This document shows, one piece after another, positions 28,642 through 37,421 of a DNA stretch of 64,000 nt. The DNA comes from an uncultured bacterium. GTDB taxonomy: Bacteria > Fidelibacterota > Marinisomatia > Marinisomatales > UBA1611. How positions within the stretch are numbered: the stretch's first letter is position 1; each line of letters begins with the position of its first letter. The notes beneath the pieces were generated by a model that was given only the letters and a program-made list of their open reading frames with translations, was not told the origin of the DNA and made no database searches. A program made the translations under genes and the position numbers. The DNA lies in NCBI GenBank assembly GCA_964646455.1, contig CAZYDX010000001.1, positions 9,560 to 73,559 on the forward strand. Reading direction: 5' to 3'.

Positions 28642-28876
28642 TTTAGAAAATAGTTTGAAAGAAATAATGTCTGCAGTATTTACAGTAGATAAAAATGAAT
28701 TAGATCATAATTCTTCGCCTGAAGATATTTCATCATGGGATTCACTTAAACATCTTAATCTTGTTGCTGCGATAGAGACTGAGTTAAATATAGATTTATC
28801 TGATGATGAGATTGTATGTTTGACGGATTTTCACAATATTCTTTTAATTATAGAAAAAAAATATAAAGATAAGTAA
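28625..28876 (+). CDS. acyl/peptidyl carrier protein
   Basis: About 80 aa with the phosphopantetheine-attachment motif 'SSWDSLKHLNLVAAIE' (DSL). TTG at 28625, with ATG 28631 as an alternative start. It overlaps the end of the FkbH-like gene. Confidence 0.7.
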   Translation: MKMPNNLENSLKEIMSAVFTVDKNELDHNSSPEDISSWDSLKHLNLVAAIETELNIDLSDDEIVCLTDFHNILLIIEKKYKDK

Positions 28877-28977
28877 ATAATTTATTCCTAAAAATTTATA
28901 CTAACTTTCACTCAAGTTTATCTAATTAAGTCTATTATTGAATATTATTTTAAGTTCAAAACAATCTATGATTTCAA

Positions 28978-30513
28978 GTGAATGATCCTTTATTAAAATC
29001 TGAGTATTTATATAATTTAAAAAGAACATCTACTATAAAATTTTCAGATATATCTAAACCGAATATGGTATGTTTGATAGTTGCAAATGGAGGACCAACA
29101 AAACTGCTACAAAGTTATTTGGATGGACATCCACAATTATACAATATACCTTGTTATCCAATGATATATTATTACCCACATTGGGAAACATGGGAAATAA
29201 ATGAATCTTCAAATTGGACTTGGGAAAAAATTATTGATTTATTTTGCAATAAACACTCATCTCTTTTGGATTCGCGAAATATAGGAGGTTTAAATGGTTT
29301 AGATCGGTTAGGTGATAATAAAAACGAACATATAGAGATCAGTGAAAAATTATTCCGCTTTTATTTAAAAGAAATGTTAAAAGAAGAGCCAATTAAAAGA
29401 CGGACCTTTCTTTTAGCGGTATATTATGTTTATGCCATATGTAAGGGACAAGATTTATCTAATAAAACTACATTATTATGGCCGCATCATGTTTATGAAT
29501 ATCTAGATATTTACTTTTCTGACTTTCCTGACTCTATATTAATTGGTTCAATTCGAGATTCTAGACCCAAAATTTATCGTAACTATGAATTGAACACTAA
29601 AACTGATCAATATAAGCTAAATCCTACTGATCAAATGATATATCGTTCGCACATTTATTATCATGTAGTAAAAAATATGTTTTATTCCCATCACAAACTG
29701 AAAAATTATGTTAATCCATCTAGAGCTTATTTCCTTAAGCATGAAGAATTAGCGATGGACCAAAAGAAAACTATGCAGAACTTTTGCAGAATTATTCATA
29801 TTGATTTCTTGAATCTTTTATTAGATAGCACATTTGATGGAAAGTTATGGTGGGGGCATAGAATTTATGATATGCCCATTTCTAATGAAAACATGAAACC
29901 TAAAGAAAGAGTCAACTTGATTTCGAAAATGGCATTGGAAAGAGTATTATTAACAGATTGGAATCAATATTCCTCATTAGAAATATTTGTAATTGAAGGA
30001 ATTGCTTATGATTTTTTCACTAAGTATAATTACGATTTATTATATTATAAAAAAGATACATTTATTTACCGCTTTATATTATTCTTAATAATTTTATTAC
30101 CACAAAGTTTTGAATTAAGAGATTTTATATACTATTGGTCACCTATAAATCATAAAAATTTCCTTGTGTTAGCTTTTAAAGAATGTAGAGGGATTATACC
30201 TTTAAAAGATTATTCAAAAAATGCATCCTATATTTATAAACGTAATTATAAAGACTTCAAATTGTGGGAAAAGAGTTATTCATACCGTCTTTTTGAAAAA
30301 ACAAAGAATTTTAATTATGGAAGTAAATATTGGTTCATAATTGCAACGATCCAGAATTTTGGTGCAGTAATATATATATTAGGAAAATATTTTCATTTTT
30401 TAATATCAGCTTTTTTATTACCGGTCCAATATTGCAAACGTGTTTTATTGCATTTCTCAGGTTTATGGAAGAGATTATTTAACAAAACCTTTTGGGTTCA
30501 AGAATTAACTTAA
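28978..30513 (+). CDS. membrane-anchored protein with a divergent sulfotransferase-like N-terminal domain
   Basis: 'LIVANGGPTKLL' and 'IGSIRDSRPKIYRNY' loosely fit the PAPS 5'-PSB and 3'-PB blocks. The C-terminal third is hydrophobic ('FIYRFILFLIILLP', 'WFIIATIQNFGAVIYILGKYFHFLISAFLLP'). GTG start. Confidence 0.35.
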   Translation: MNDPLLKSEYLYNLKRTSTIKFSDISKPNMVCLIVANGGPTKLLQSYLDGHPQLYNIPCYPMIYYYPHWETWEINESSNWTWEKIIDLFCNKHSSLLDSRNIGGLNGLDRLGDNKNEHIEISEKLFRFYLKEMLKEEPIKRRTFLLAVYYVYAICKGQDLSNKTTLLWPHHVYEYLDIYFSDFPDSILIGSIRDSRPKIYRNYELNTKTDQYKLNPTDQMIYRSHIYYHVVKNMFYSHHKLKNYVNPSRAYFLKHEELAMDQKKTMQNFCRIIHIDFLNLLLDSTFDGKLWWGHRIYDMPISNENMKPKERVNLISKMALERVLLTDWNQYSSLEIFVIEGIAYDFFTKYNYDLLYYKKDTFIYRFILFLIILLPQSFELRDFIYYWSPINHKNFLVLAFKECRGIIPLKDYSKNASYIYKRNYKDFKLWEKSYSYRLFEKTKNFNYGSKYWFIIATIQNFGAVIYILGKYFHFLISAFLLPVQYCKRVLLHFSGLWKRLFNKTFWVQELT

Positions 30514-30573
30514 TAAATATTTAGATTTATTTGTTTATAACAGACTGTATTGTGATTATTATTAAGGTAAAAA

Positions 30574-32745
30574 ATGAAAAATATTAAAATTCTATCTACT
30601 CTAGGACCAAGTTCTTTGGATAAAAAAGTAATTCGACGATTAACTGAATTAGGAGTTGATATGTTTCGTTTAAATTTATCTCATATAACCATAGATCAAC
30701 TTGAAAGTAATATTAATATTATTAGAGATTATAGTAATGTTCCCATTTGTTTGGATACGGAAGGTGCTCAGGTGAGAACTGGAGTTGTAAAGGGTGGGAA
30801 AATATTTGTTAAAGAAGGAGAAATAATAGAACTCATTTCATATGAATTATCTGATAATAAAAACTTATTTTATTTTACACCACTTCATATTATGGATAGG
30901 TTAAGTTTAGGCGATTTAATTAGTATCGATTATGATTCATGCTTGATTCAGGTTATAGATAAAACTAGTTCAGGTATAAAAGTAATGGTGCTAAGTGAAG
31001 GAGAAATTCATAGTAATAAAGCAGTATCTATTCTTCAAAAAAATCCTGAGCTTGAACCTCTTACCGCAAAAGATCTTGAAGCAATTATGATTGGTAAAAA
31101 ATTAAAAATTAATAATGTCGCTTTATCATTTGCTAATAGTGGTAAAGATGTAAAACTGTTGCGGGAGTTGTGTTCTAAAGATTGTTCGATTATTTCTAAA
31201 ATTGAGACTACAAAAGCTATAGATAATTTGAATGAAATAATTCGATTGTCTGATGCCATTTTAATTGATCGTGGAGATTTATCAAAAGAAGAATTGATAG
31301 AAGAAATACCATTTTTACAAAAATTTATAATTAATAAAGCAAATGAAATGAATAAAGAAGTTTATGTCGCCACAAATTTATTGGAATCAATGATAAGACA
31401 TAAAAGCCCTACTCGTGCTGAGGTTAACGATGTAATAAACACGTTAATTGATGGTGCAGATGGATTAGTTTTAGCTGCAGAAACAGCAATTGGTGATTAT
31501 CCAATTGAAAGCGTAGGGTATATCAAAAATCTAATAAGTACATACAATATGAAGATGCATAATGAAGGTAATGTCTATAATAATATAGAAAGTACATTTA
31601 TCAATTTTCCTCATGGAGGAAAATTGATACAGCAGATCAAAATTCGAGATAAATTAGAATATGAGCATGAACTTCTAGTAGATGAACAAACATTATTAGA
31701 TGTTGAACAAATTGCAAATGGTGGTTATTCTCCTCTAACTGGCTTTATGGATGAAAAGAATCTGAAAAGTGTCTTAAATGAATATTATCTAACAAGCGGG
31801 GAAGTTTGGACAATGCCAGTAATTTTACAGGTTTGTAAGGGACAAATAAACAATTTTGTTATGGGAGATAGAATTGCATTATTATCTAAATATGATAATA
31901 AAATTTATGGAATATTGGAATTATCTGATGTTTATAAAATAAACTCAAAGGAAATATCATTAAAATTATTTAATACTAATGATGCTAAGCATCCAGGTGT
32001 AAATAATCTAAAGAATAAAGGAAATTATTGTTTGGGTGGTACTATTGAGTCTGTTCGAAAATTAAAAAATCCATATAAAAGATTCATTTTTACTCCAGAA
32101 GAAACACGTTTTATCTTTGATAAAAGAGGCTGGAAAAAAATTATTGGATTTCATACTCGCAATGTTATCCATAAAGCACATGAATATATACAGATTAAGG
32201 CTTTGTCAGAATCATTTGCTGATGGTTTATTTATCCATCCGCTTATAGGACCGAAGAAAAAATTAGATTTTTCTTCAAATATTATATTAAAAAGTTACCA
32301 AATGATGATCGATAATTATTACCCAAAAGGGAAAATTCTTTTGGGTGGTTTTCCATCATATCCAAGGTATGCAGCTGCACGTGAGGCTGTTTTTACTGCA
32401 ATTTGTAGACAAAACTATGGCTGTAGTCATTTTATTATTGGAAGAGATCATTCAGGTGTTGGAAAATATAGTAAGTCAACAGAGGCAAAAGATCTATTTG
32501 AATTTTTGAAAAGTGGTTTAAATATTGAACCTATTTACTTTGATAAAGTATCTTATTGTAAAAAATGTAAGGACTATGTTGAAGATTGCAACCATACTAA
32601 ACATGATTTTAAATCAATTAGCGCTAGTTATGTTCGTAAGGTTTTTCAAGATGGAGAGATGCCTGAAGGTTGGCTTATAAGAGAAGAAATTAGCGAAATG
32701 ATTAATGCATCAATCAAAAACAAGGAAGATGTATTTTACAAATAA
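30574..32745 (+). CDS. fusion protein: pyruvate-kinase A/B domains (no PK_C domain) + Sat-type ATP sulfurylase
   Basis: PK blocks: 'ILSTLGPSS', 'MFRLNLSH', 'CLDTEGAQVRTG', 'SKIET', 'IDRGDLSKE', 'TNLLESMIRHKSPTRAEVNDVINTLIDGADGLVLAAETAIGDYP'. ATPS blocks: 'PHGGKLI', 'GGYSPLTGFM', 'WTMPVIL', 'GFHTRNVIHKAHEYI', 'IHPLIGPKKKLDF', 'GCSHFIIGRDHSGVG'. It is a single uninterrupted ORF. Confidence 0.85.
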   Translation: MKNIKILSTLGPSSLDKKVIRRLTELGVDMFRLNLSHITIDQLESNINIIRDYSNVPICLDTEGAQVRTGVVKGGKIFVKEGEIIELISYELSDNKNLFYFTPLHIMDRLSLGDLISIDYDSCLIQVIDKTSSGIKVMVLSEGEIHSNKAVSILQKNPELEPLTAKDLEAIMIGKKLKINNVALSFANSGKDVKLLRELCSKDCSIISKIETTKAIDNLNEIIRLSDAILIDRGDLSKEELIEEIPFLQKFIINKANEMNKEVYVATNLLESMIRHKSPTRAEVNDVINTLIDGADGLVLAAETAIGDYPIESVGYIKNLISTYNMKMHNEGNVYNNIESTFINFPHGGKLIQQIKIRDKLEYEHELLVDEQTLLDVEQIANGGYSPLTGFMDEKNLKSVLNEYYLTSGEVWTMPVILQVCKGQINNFVMGDRIALLSKYDNKIYGILELSDVYKINSKEISLKLFNTNDAKHPGVNNLKNKGNYCLGGTIESVRKLKNPYKRFIFTPEETRFIFDKRGWKKIIGFHTRNVIHKAHEYIQIKALSESFADGLFIHPLIGPKKKLDFSSNIILKSYQMMIDNYYPKGKILLGGFPSYPRYAAAREAVFTAICRQNYGCSHFIIGRDHSGVGKYSKSTEAKDLFEFLKSGLNIEPIYFDKVSYCKKCKDYVEDCNHTKHDFKSISASYVRKVFQDGEMPEGWLIREEISEMINASIKNKEDVFYK

Positions 32746-32867
32746 CATCATTATATAAGGTTAGTTGAATCCTTTAAATATTTATCATTTAATTTTCAAA
32801 TCGCAAATAATATATCTCCTTCTTTTTGCAATAAAATAAATAAACTTCTTACTTAATGTTTAATTGA

Positions 32868-34121
32868 ATGTCTACTGATATAAAAATATTTTTAATAAAA
32901 TTTTCAAAAATTCCTATATATCTAATTATTATACCATTTATAATCATTGTTCGAATTATACGTCCGTTAATATTTATTAGGTTTGGTAAAATACATTCTT
33001 ATATAATTGGGCATTTTATTGCAGATACTGAATATTATCTAAATGAGAAAAAACTGCAAAAAATAAAGTCAATTGATTTTTTCTATTATTACTTTAAATA
33101 CACTTCATTTAAAAATCCTCCAAATGAACAATGGGATCTGATGGTGCGACGAAAATTATTTATTAATCCCTTGATTAAATTATTTCATAAAGTTAATGAT
33201 TTTATTCCTGGTGGTGATTTGCATAAGATAAATATGCCTCTTCAAAAAACTAAATTCAACAATTTAAAACTTGTAAGAAACAGAATCCTCAATGATGCTA
33301 TTATTGATAAAGATGATTTGATACACATAAATTTTACTAATGAAGAAATTCAAAGAGGAGAAAATTTTTTAAAAGACATAGGTGTTAAATCTGAAGATAA
33401 ATTTGTTTGTTTGCTTGTTAGAGATTCTGCTTATAAAGACAAATTCCAAAATTGGAGAAAAAATTGGGCATACCATAATTACAGAGATTCAGATATTGAA
33501 GACTATAAACTTATGGTATCATCATTGGTTAAAAAAGGCTATAGGGTATTTAGAATGGGTAAAGTTGTAAATAATCCACTAGATGTTTCGCACCCATTCT
33601 TTATTGATTATGCTAATTCAGATTTTCGATCTGATTTTCTTGATATTTGGTTAATGGCTAATTGTTATTTCTGCGTAACTACTGGTTGCGGAATAGATAC
33701 TCTTTGTAGAAATTTTATGAGACCTATGGTTTTAGTAAATTTTTTGCCAATTAATACTATTCCTAACCTTCCTCCCTTAATTCTATCCCCAAAAACATTA
33801 TTATGGGAAAGTACGGGTGAAAGATTATGTCTATCGGAGTCTATTAGACACTCTTATATCCGTACTGAACTATATAAAGATGCAGGAATATTAATAAAAA
33901 ATCTTTCATCAGTTGAAATAAATGAAACAGTTTTAGAGATGGAATCAAAATTATTAGGTAATTGGAAGAAGTCTAAGTTAGACAATCAATTAAATATTCG
34001 GGCTTTAGAATTGTTATATAAAAATATTACATATCGAAAAATACGTTCTTCAATTCATTATCTAGATTCTAGTATTAGTGATACATTCTTACGTCATAAT
34101 CATGAATGGTTTTTAAAATGA
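32868..34121 (+). CDS. N-terminally anchored putative glycosyltransferase (resembles the family I recall as TIGR04372)
   Basis: N-terminal TM 'IPIYLIIIPFIIIVRIIRPLIFIRFGKIHSYIIGHF'; 'FVCLLVRDSAYKD...HNYRDSDIEDYKLMVSSLVKKGYRVFRMG'. The family assignment is from memory only. Confidence 0.4.
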   Translation: MSTDIKIFLIKFSKIPIYLIIIPFIIIVRIIRPLIFIRFGKIHSYIIGHFIADTEYYLNEKKLQKIKSIDFFYYYFKYTSFKNPPNEQWDLMVRRKLFINPLIKLFHKVNDFIPGGDLHKINMPLQKTKFNNLKLVRNRILNDAIIDKDDLIHINFTNEEIQRGENFLKDIGVKSEDKFVCLLVRDSAYKDKFQNWRKNWAYHNYRDSDIEDYKLMVSSLVKKGYRVFRMGKVVNNPLDVSHPFFIDYANSDFRSDFLDIWLMANCYFCVTTGCGIDTLCRNFMRPMVLVNFLPINTIPNLPPLILSPKTLLWESTGERLCLSESIRHSYIRTELYKDAGILIKNLSSVEINETVLEMESKLLGNWKKSKLDNQLNIRALELLYKNITYRKIRSSIHYLDSSISDTFLRHNHEWFLK

Positions 34122-35887
34122 ATAAAGTATTAAAAGTTTTTAATACTCTTATACGTCAATTTCCAAAACATTTTATTATATTGTTTTTTCTTATTGTTTT
34201 ACAAACTAGTTTAAGTGTACTGAGTGTTTTATCGGTTGCACCAATAGCTGATTTCTTTTTAGGTAATTCAGGAGAAAATGCAAATATAATTACTCGTTAT
34301 TTTGAGAGTGTTTTTGGTTATTTAGATCTTGAATTACATTTAATGTATCTATTTATCTTTTTCGGTGGCATTACTTTAATAAATGGCCTTTTTAATTTGA
34401 TTGTTCATTATTCGATACTGAGAGTTAAATATGATGTATTAAATAACATGTTAACAAGTTCTATCGGAGAGTTTTTTCAATCTCGATTATTATTTTTCAC
34501 TCAAGGTGATATGGGATTATTATTAAATACTTTTCAGCGTGAGGTTGCTAAAATTGGGGATACATTCGGTGGCATTACAAGATTTTTCGCTAATATATTT
34601 CATACATTAATTCTATTAAGTATACCTATTTATTTTTCCCCAATGCTTACAGGGTTATTCTTGATCCTTTCCTTTATCATTTCTAGTCCACTGATATTTT
34701 TAAATCGATATATTTATTCTCTAGGTAAAAAAAATACAGAAACAGCAAATATAACTTCTGGAATTTTACATGAAACGATGACAGCAGCTAAGCTAATTCT
34801 TAGTTCTGGAAGGCAGCATGCAGCTGTAAAGAGGTATTCGGATTCTATAATTAAACACTCTACAGTTAGTGTCAAATTTCAATCTATTCTCCATGCCGCT
34901 GGGATATTATATCAACCCTTGGGTATTATTGTAGTTCTTATTTTGGTTTATGTTGCGTTTATAGAAGGATTGCAGTTGAGTGAACTATCTTTGATCCTTT
35001 TTTCTATTTATAGGCTTATACCTAATATGGCAGCATTATTTAAAAGTACAGCTACAATTGGTGGTTTTGCTCCAGCCTTTGAGCAACTAGAAAAATTGCG
35101 CATTGATGCGGAAAAATTTAAAGAATATTCGGGTGGAGCAGAATTTATATCACTAAATAAATCTATTCGTTTTCAAGATGTGTCATTTAATTATCCTGGG
35201 CGAAAGATGGCGTTAAATCAAATTGATCTAAATTTTAAAAAGAATCACATGACAGCTTTGGTAGGAAAATCTGGAGCTGGTAAAACAACAGTCGTTGATT
35301 TAATTTTGGGATTATATGAAAATACTAATGGTTCTTTATTATTAGATGGAAGTGACATCAATCAGTATAATATAAATTCATTTCGTAAAAAGATTGGTTA
35401 TGTACCTCAAGATCCACAACTTTTTGATGCATCAGTAAGAGAAAATTTATTATGGTCTAATCCTTATGCAACTGAGAAAGATATGTGGGAGGCATGTAAA
35501 TTAGCCAATGCTAAAGACTTTGTTTCTGATCTTCCCGGTATGTTAGACACTACTCTAGGAGACAGGGGTATAAGAATTTCTGGTGGTCAGCGACAAAGGC
35601 TTGCATTAGCAAGGGCGATTATTCGCAAACCAGATATACTCATTCTTGATGAAGCTACAAGTGCTCTTGATACAGAATCTGAGAGATTAATTCACGATTC
35701 TATAGTTTACTTAAAAAATAAAATGACAATTATAATTATTGCACATCGTTTATCCACAATAAAAAATGCAAACTATATTTATGTCTTAAATGAAGGAAGT
35801 GTAGTTCAAGAAGGTTCTTTTTCAAAATTAGCAGATCAAGAAGGGCATTTTTCTAATATGATCAAATTGCAATTAATGAATAATTAG
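34106..35887 (+). CDS. ABC exporter, fused permease + ATPase (MsbA/PglK-like)
   Basis: N-terminal 6-TM-type domain; Walker A 'GKSGAGKTT'; signature 'ISGGQRQRLALARA'; Walker B 'ILILDEATSALD'; H-loop 'IIAHRLSTI'. ATG 34118 (ATGA overlap) is an alternative start. Confidence 0.9.
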   Translation: MVFKMNKVLKVFNTLIRQFPKHFIILFFLIVLQTSLSVLSVLSVAPIADFFLGNSGENANIITRYFESVFGYLDLELHLMYLFIFFGGITLINGLFNLIVHYSILRVKYDVLNNMLTSSIGEFFQSRLLFFTQGDMGLLLNTFQREVAKIGDTFGGITRFFANIFHTLILLSIPIYFSPMLTGLFLILSFIISSPLIFLNRYIYSLGKKNTETANITSGILHETMTAAKLILSSGRQHAAVKRYSDSIIKHSTVSVKFQSILHAAGILYQPLGIIVVLILVYVAFIEGLQLSELSLILFSIYRLIPNMAALFKSTATIGGFAPAFEQLEKLRIDAEKFKEYSGGAEFISLNKSIRFQDVSFNYPGRKMALNQIDLNFKKNHMTALVGKSGAGKTTVVDLILGLYENTNGSLLLDGSDINQYNINSFRKKIGYVPQDPQLFDASVRENLLWSNPYATEKDMWEACKLANAKDFVSDLPGMLDTTLGDRGIRISGGQRQRLALARAIIRKPDILILDEATSALDTESERLIHDSIVYLKNKMTIIIIAHRLSTIKNANYIYVLNEGSVVQEGSFSKLADQEGHFSNMIKLQLMNN

Positions 35888-35907
35888 AATGATCAAAGTT
35901 TGGTAGA

Positions 35908-37410
35908 ATGAGAAAAAAAATATTCTTAAACAAAAGTTTCTATTTTATTCTGTTAATTATCATTACAGTATTATTTACTATGCTGAAATCTATACAGTTG
36001 AAAATGCATAATACTATACCTGAAGCGATTGCTCGTCAAAGAATGCTAATTGGTATTGCAATATCAGATTTGAATTATGGTTTAAAAGGCTATATTGGTT
36101 ATGATATAATAAATGATACATTAATTAAGAATGGTATAACAAATAGAACAGAAGCATTTTATAATAAAGATGTTCTAAATAAAGCAATAAATAAAACACT
36201 AGATCTTGATGTTTCATCTAATAGTAAATACCCTATTTATAGGGAAGATAAAGGGATGGTGGTTTATTACAAAATGGCATTTTTACTATTTGGATATAAT
36301 GTTCAAGGATTTTTATACTTATATTATTTATTATTTCTTGTTTCTGTTCTTATTTTCATATTTACTTTTTATAATAGAATTGATTTGCTCAATATTCTGC
36401 TATTATTTGTATTAAGTCATTATTTTTTAGTATCAATAATTCCATATGCTGGCATTGAGCTGCAAACTGTTCATAATCAACGTTTCTTAGCAGTCCTAGG
36501 CTTGCTTCCTAGTATATACCTATCATTTATAATTTTTTGGAAATATAGATTAAGTGCTTTTGTAAAACTTGGCACCTTAATTCAAATTCTAATTTTGATA
36601 TTTGTTTATTTTTGTAGATCTAGCATAATATATCAAATATTATTCTTACTAATATTGTTTGTTATTGGTGTTCTACGGCATTGGTTTAAAAATCCGGAAT
36701 TAGGAAAGCTTATATTTATTAAAATTAATATATTTCCAATATTCATGATTTGTATAACCCTATTTTTATTACAATTACATTTAATTCTTTCTTTACATCA
36801 TTCATATGATTCAACTACATCAAAACATCTATTTTGGCATGATGTTTATAAGGGTTTGAGTGTTCATCCTAAAAGTAAGATTAAACATAATATTTATGGT
36901 TATAAAGATGATTCTGTCCAACAGTTTGTTGATGATTATGCAAAAAAACATCTAGACAGAGAAAGTGTGAACTCCGAAGATGAGTCAAAATTATATGAAG
37001 CAATCGTTAAAAACAAAGTTGTAGAAATTATTAAAAATGATCCATTTTATATATTTTCCACCTTTTTTTATTATAAGATAAACAGTTTTTTTCATTATTT
37101 CACTACTACATTATTTAAAACTATTAACAATTATTCTTTCTGGATTATACTATTATTGATTACATCAACAAGTACATTAATTAATAAAGTATTTATGAAT
37201 AAATGGTTTGATTATTTTAAGGTTGTTACTTTTGCAATGCCATTTTCCTTATTGCCAGCTTTAATTGCATTTCCGCATCCAAGCGTATATTCTGATACTA
37301 TTTTAATGTTTACTTTTTATGTTTATTTGATTTTATCTGGTATTATTTGTTATTTATCTAATAAATATTCTATACTAAAAGTATTAAGTAAATCTTATAA
37401 AAATAATTAG
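35908..37410 (+). CDS. polytopic integral membrane protein; candidate GT-C-type glycosyltransferase or polymerase
   Basis: TM1 is followed by a ~90-aa loop ending in the acidic 'YREDKGM' just before TM2. Many further TM helices follow, plus a ~90-aa soluble loop (aa ~300-390). No named motif. Confidence 0.5.
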   Translation: MRKKIFLNKSFYFILLIIITVLFTMLKSIQLKMHNTIPEAIARQRMLIGIAISDLNYGLKGYIGYDIINDTLIKNGITNRTEAFYNKDVLNKAINKTLDLDVSSNSKYPIYREDKGMVVYYKMAFLLFGYNVQGFLYLYYLLFLVSVLIFIFTFYNRIDLLNILLLFVLSHYFLVSIIPYAGIELQTVHNQRFLAVLGLLPSIYLSFIIFWKYRLSAFVKLGTLIQILILIFVYFCRSSIIYQILFLLILFVIGVLRHWFKNPELGKLIFIKINIFPIFMICITLFLLQLHLILSLHHSYDSTTSKHLFWHDVYKGLSVHPKSKIKHNIYGYKDDSVQQFVDDYAKKHLDRESVNSEDESKLYEAIVKNKVVEIIKNDPFYIFSTFFYYKINSFFHYFTTTLFKTINNYSFWIILLLITSTSTLINKVFMNKWFDYFKVVTFAMPFSLLPALIAFPHPSVYSDTILMFTFYVYLILSGIICYLSNKYSILKVLSKSYKNN

Positions 37411-37421
37411 CGAGGCAATTA

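Noticed and set aside
26896-28876. FkbH + ACP as a sign of a polyketide/NRPS biosynthetic gene cluster
   Set aside because: No ketosynthase, acyltransferase, condensation or adenylation domain is present anywhere in the window. The context is purely glycan biosynthesis, so an acyl-decoration role is more likely.
30574-32745. PK-ATP sulfurylase as an artefact of two adjacent genes (pyk + sat) merged by the ORF caller
   Set aside because: The ORF is continuous in the given sequence with no in-frame stop. The PK part ends exactly where the PK_C domain would begin, and the sulfurylase N-terminal 'PHGGKLI' follows after a short linker. Only a sequencing error could split it.
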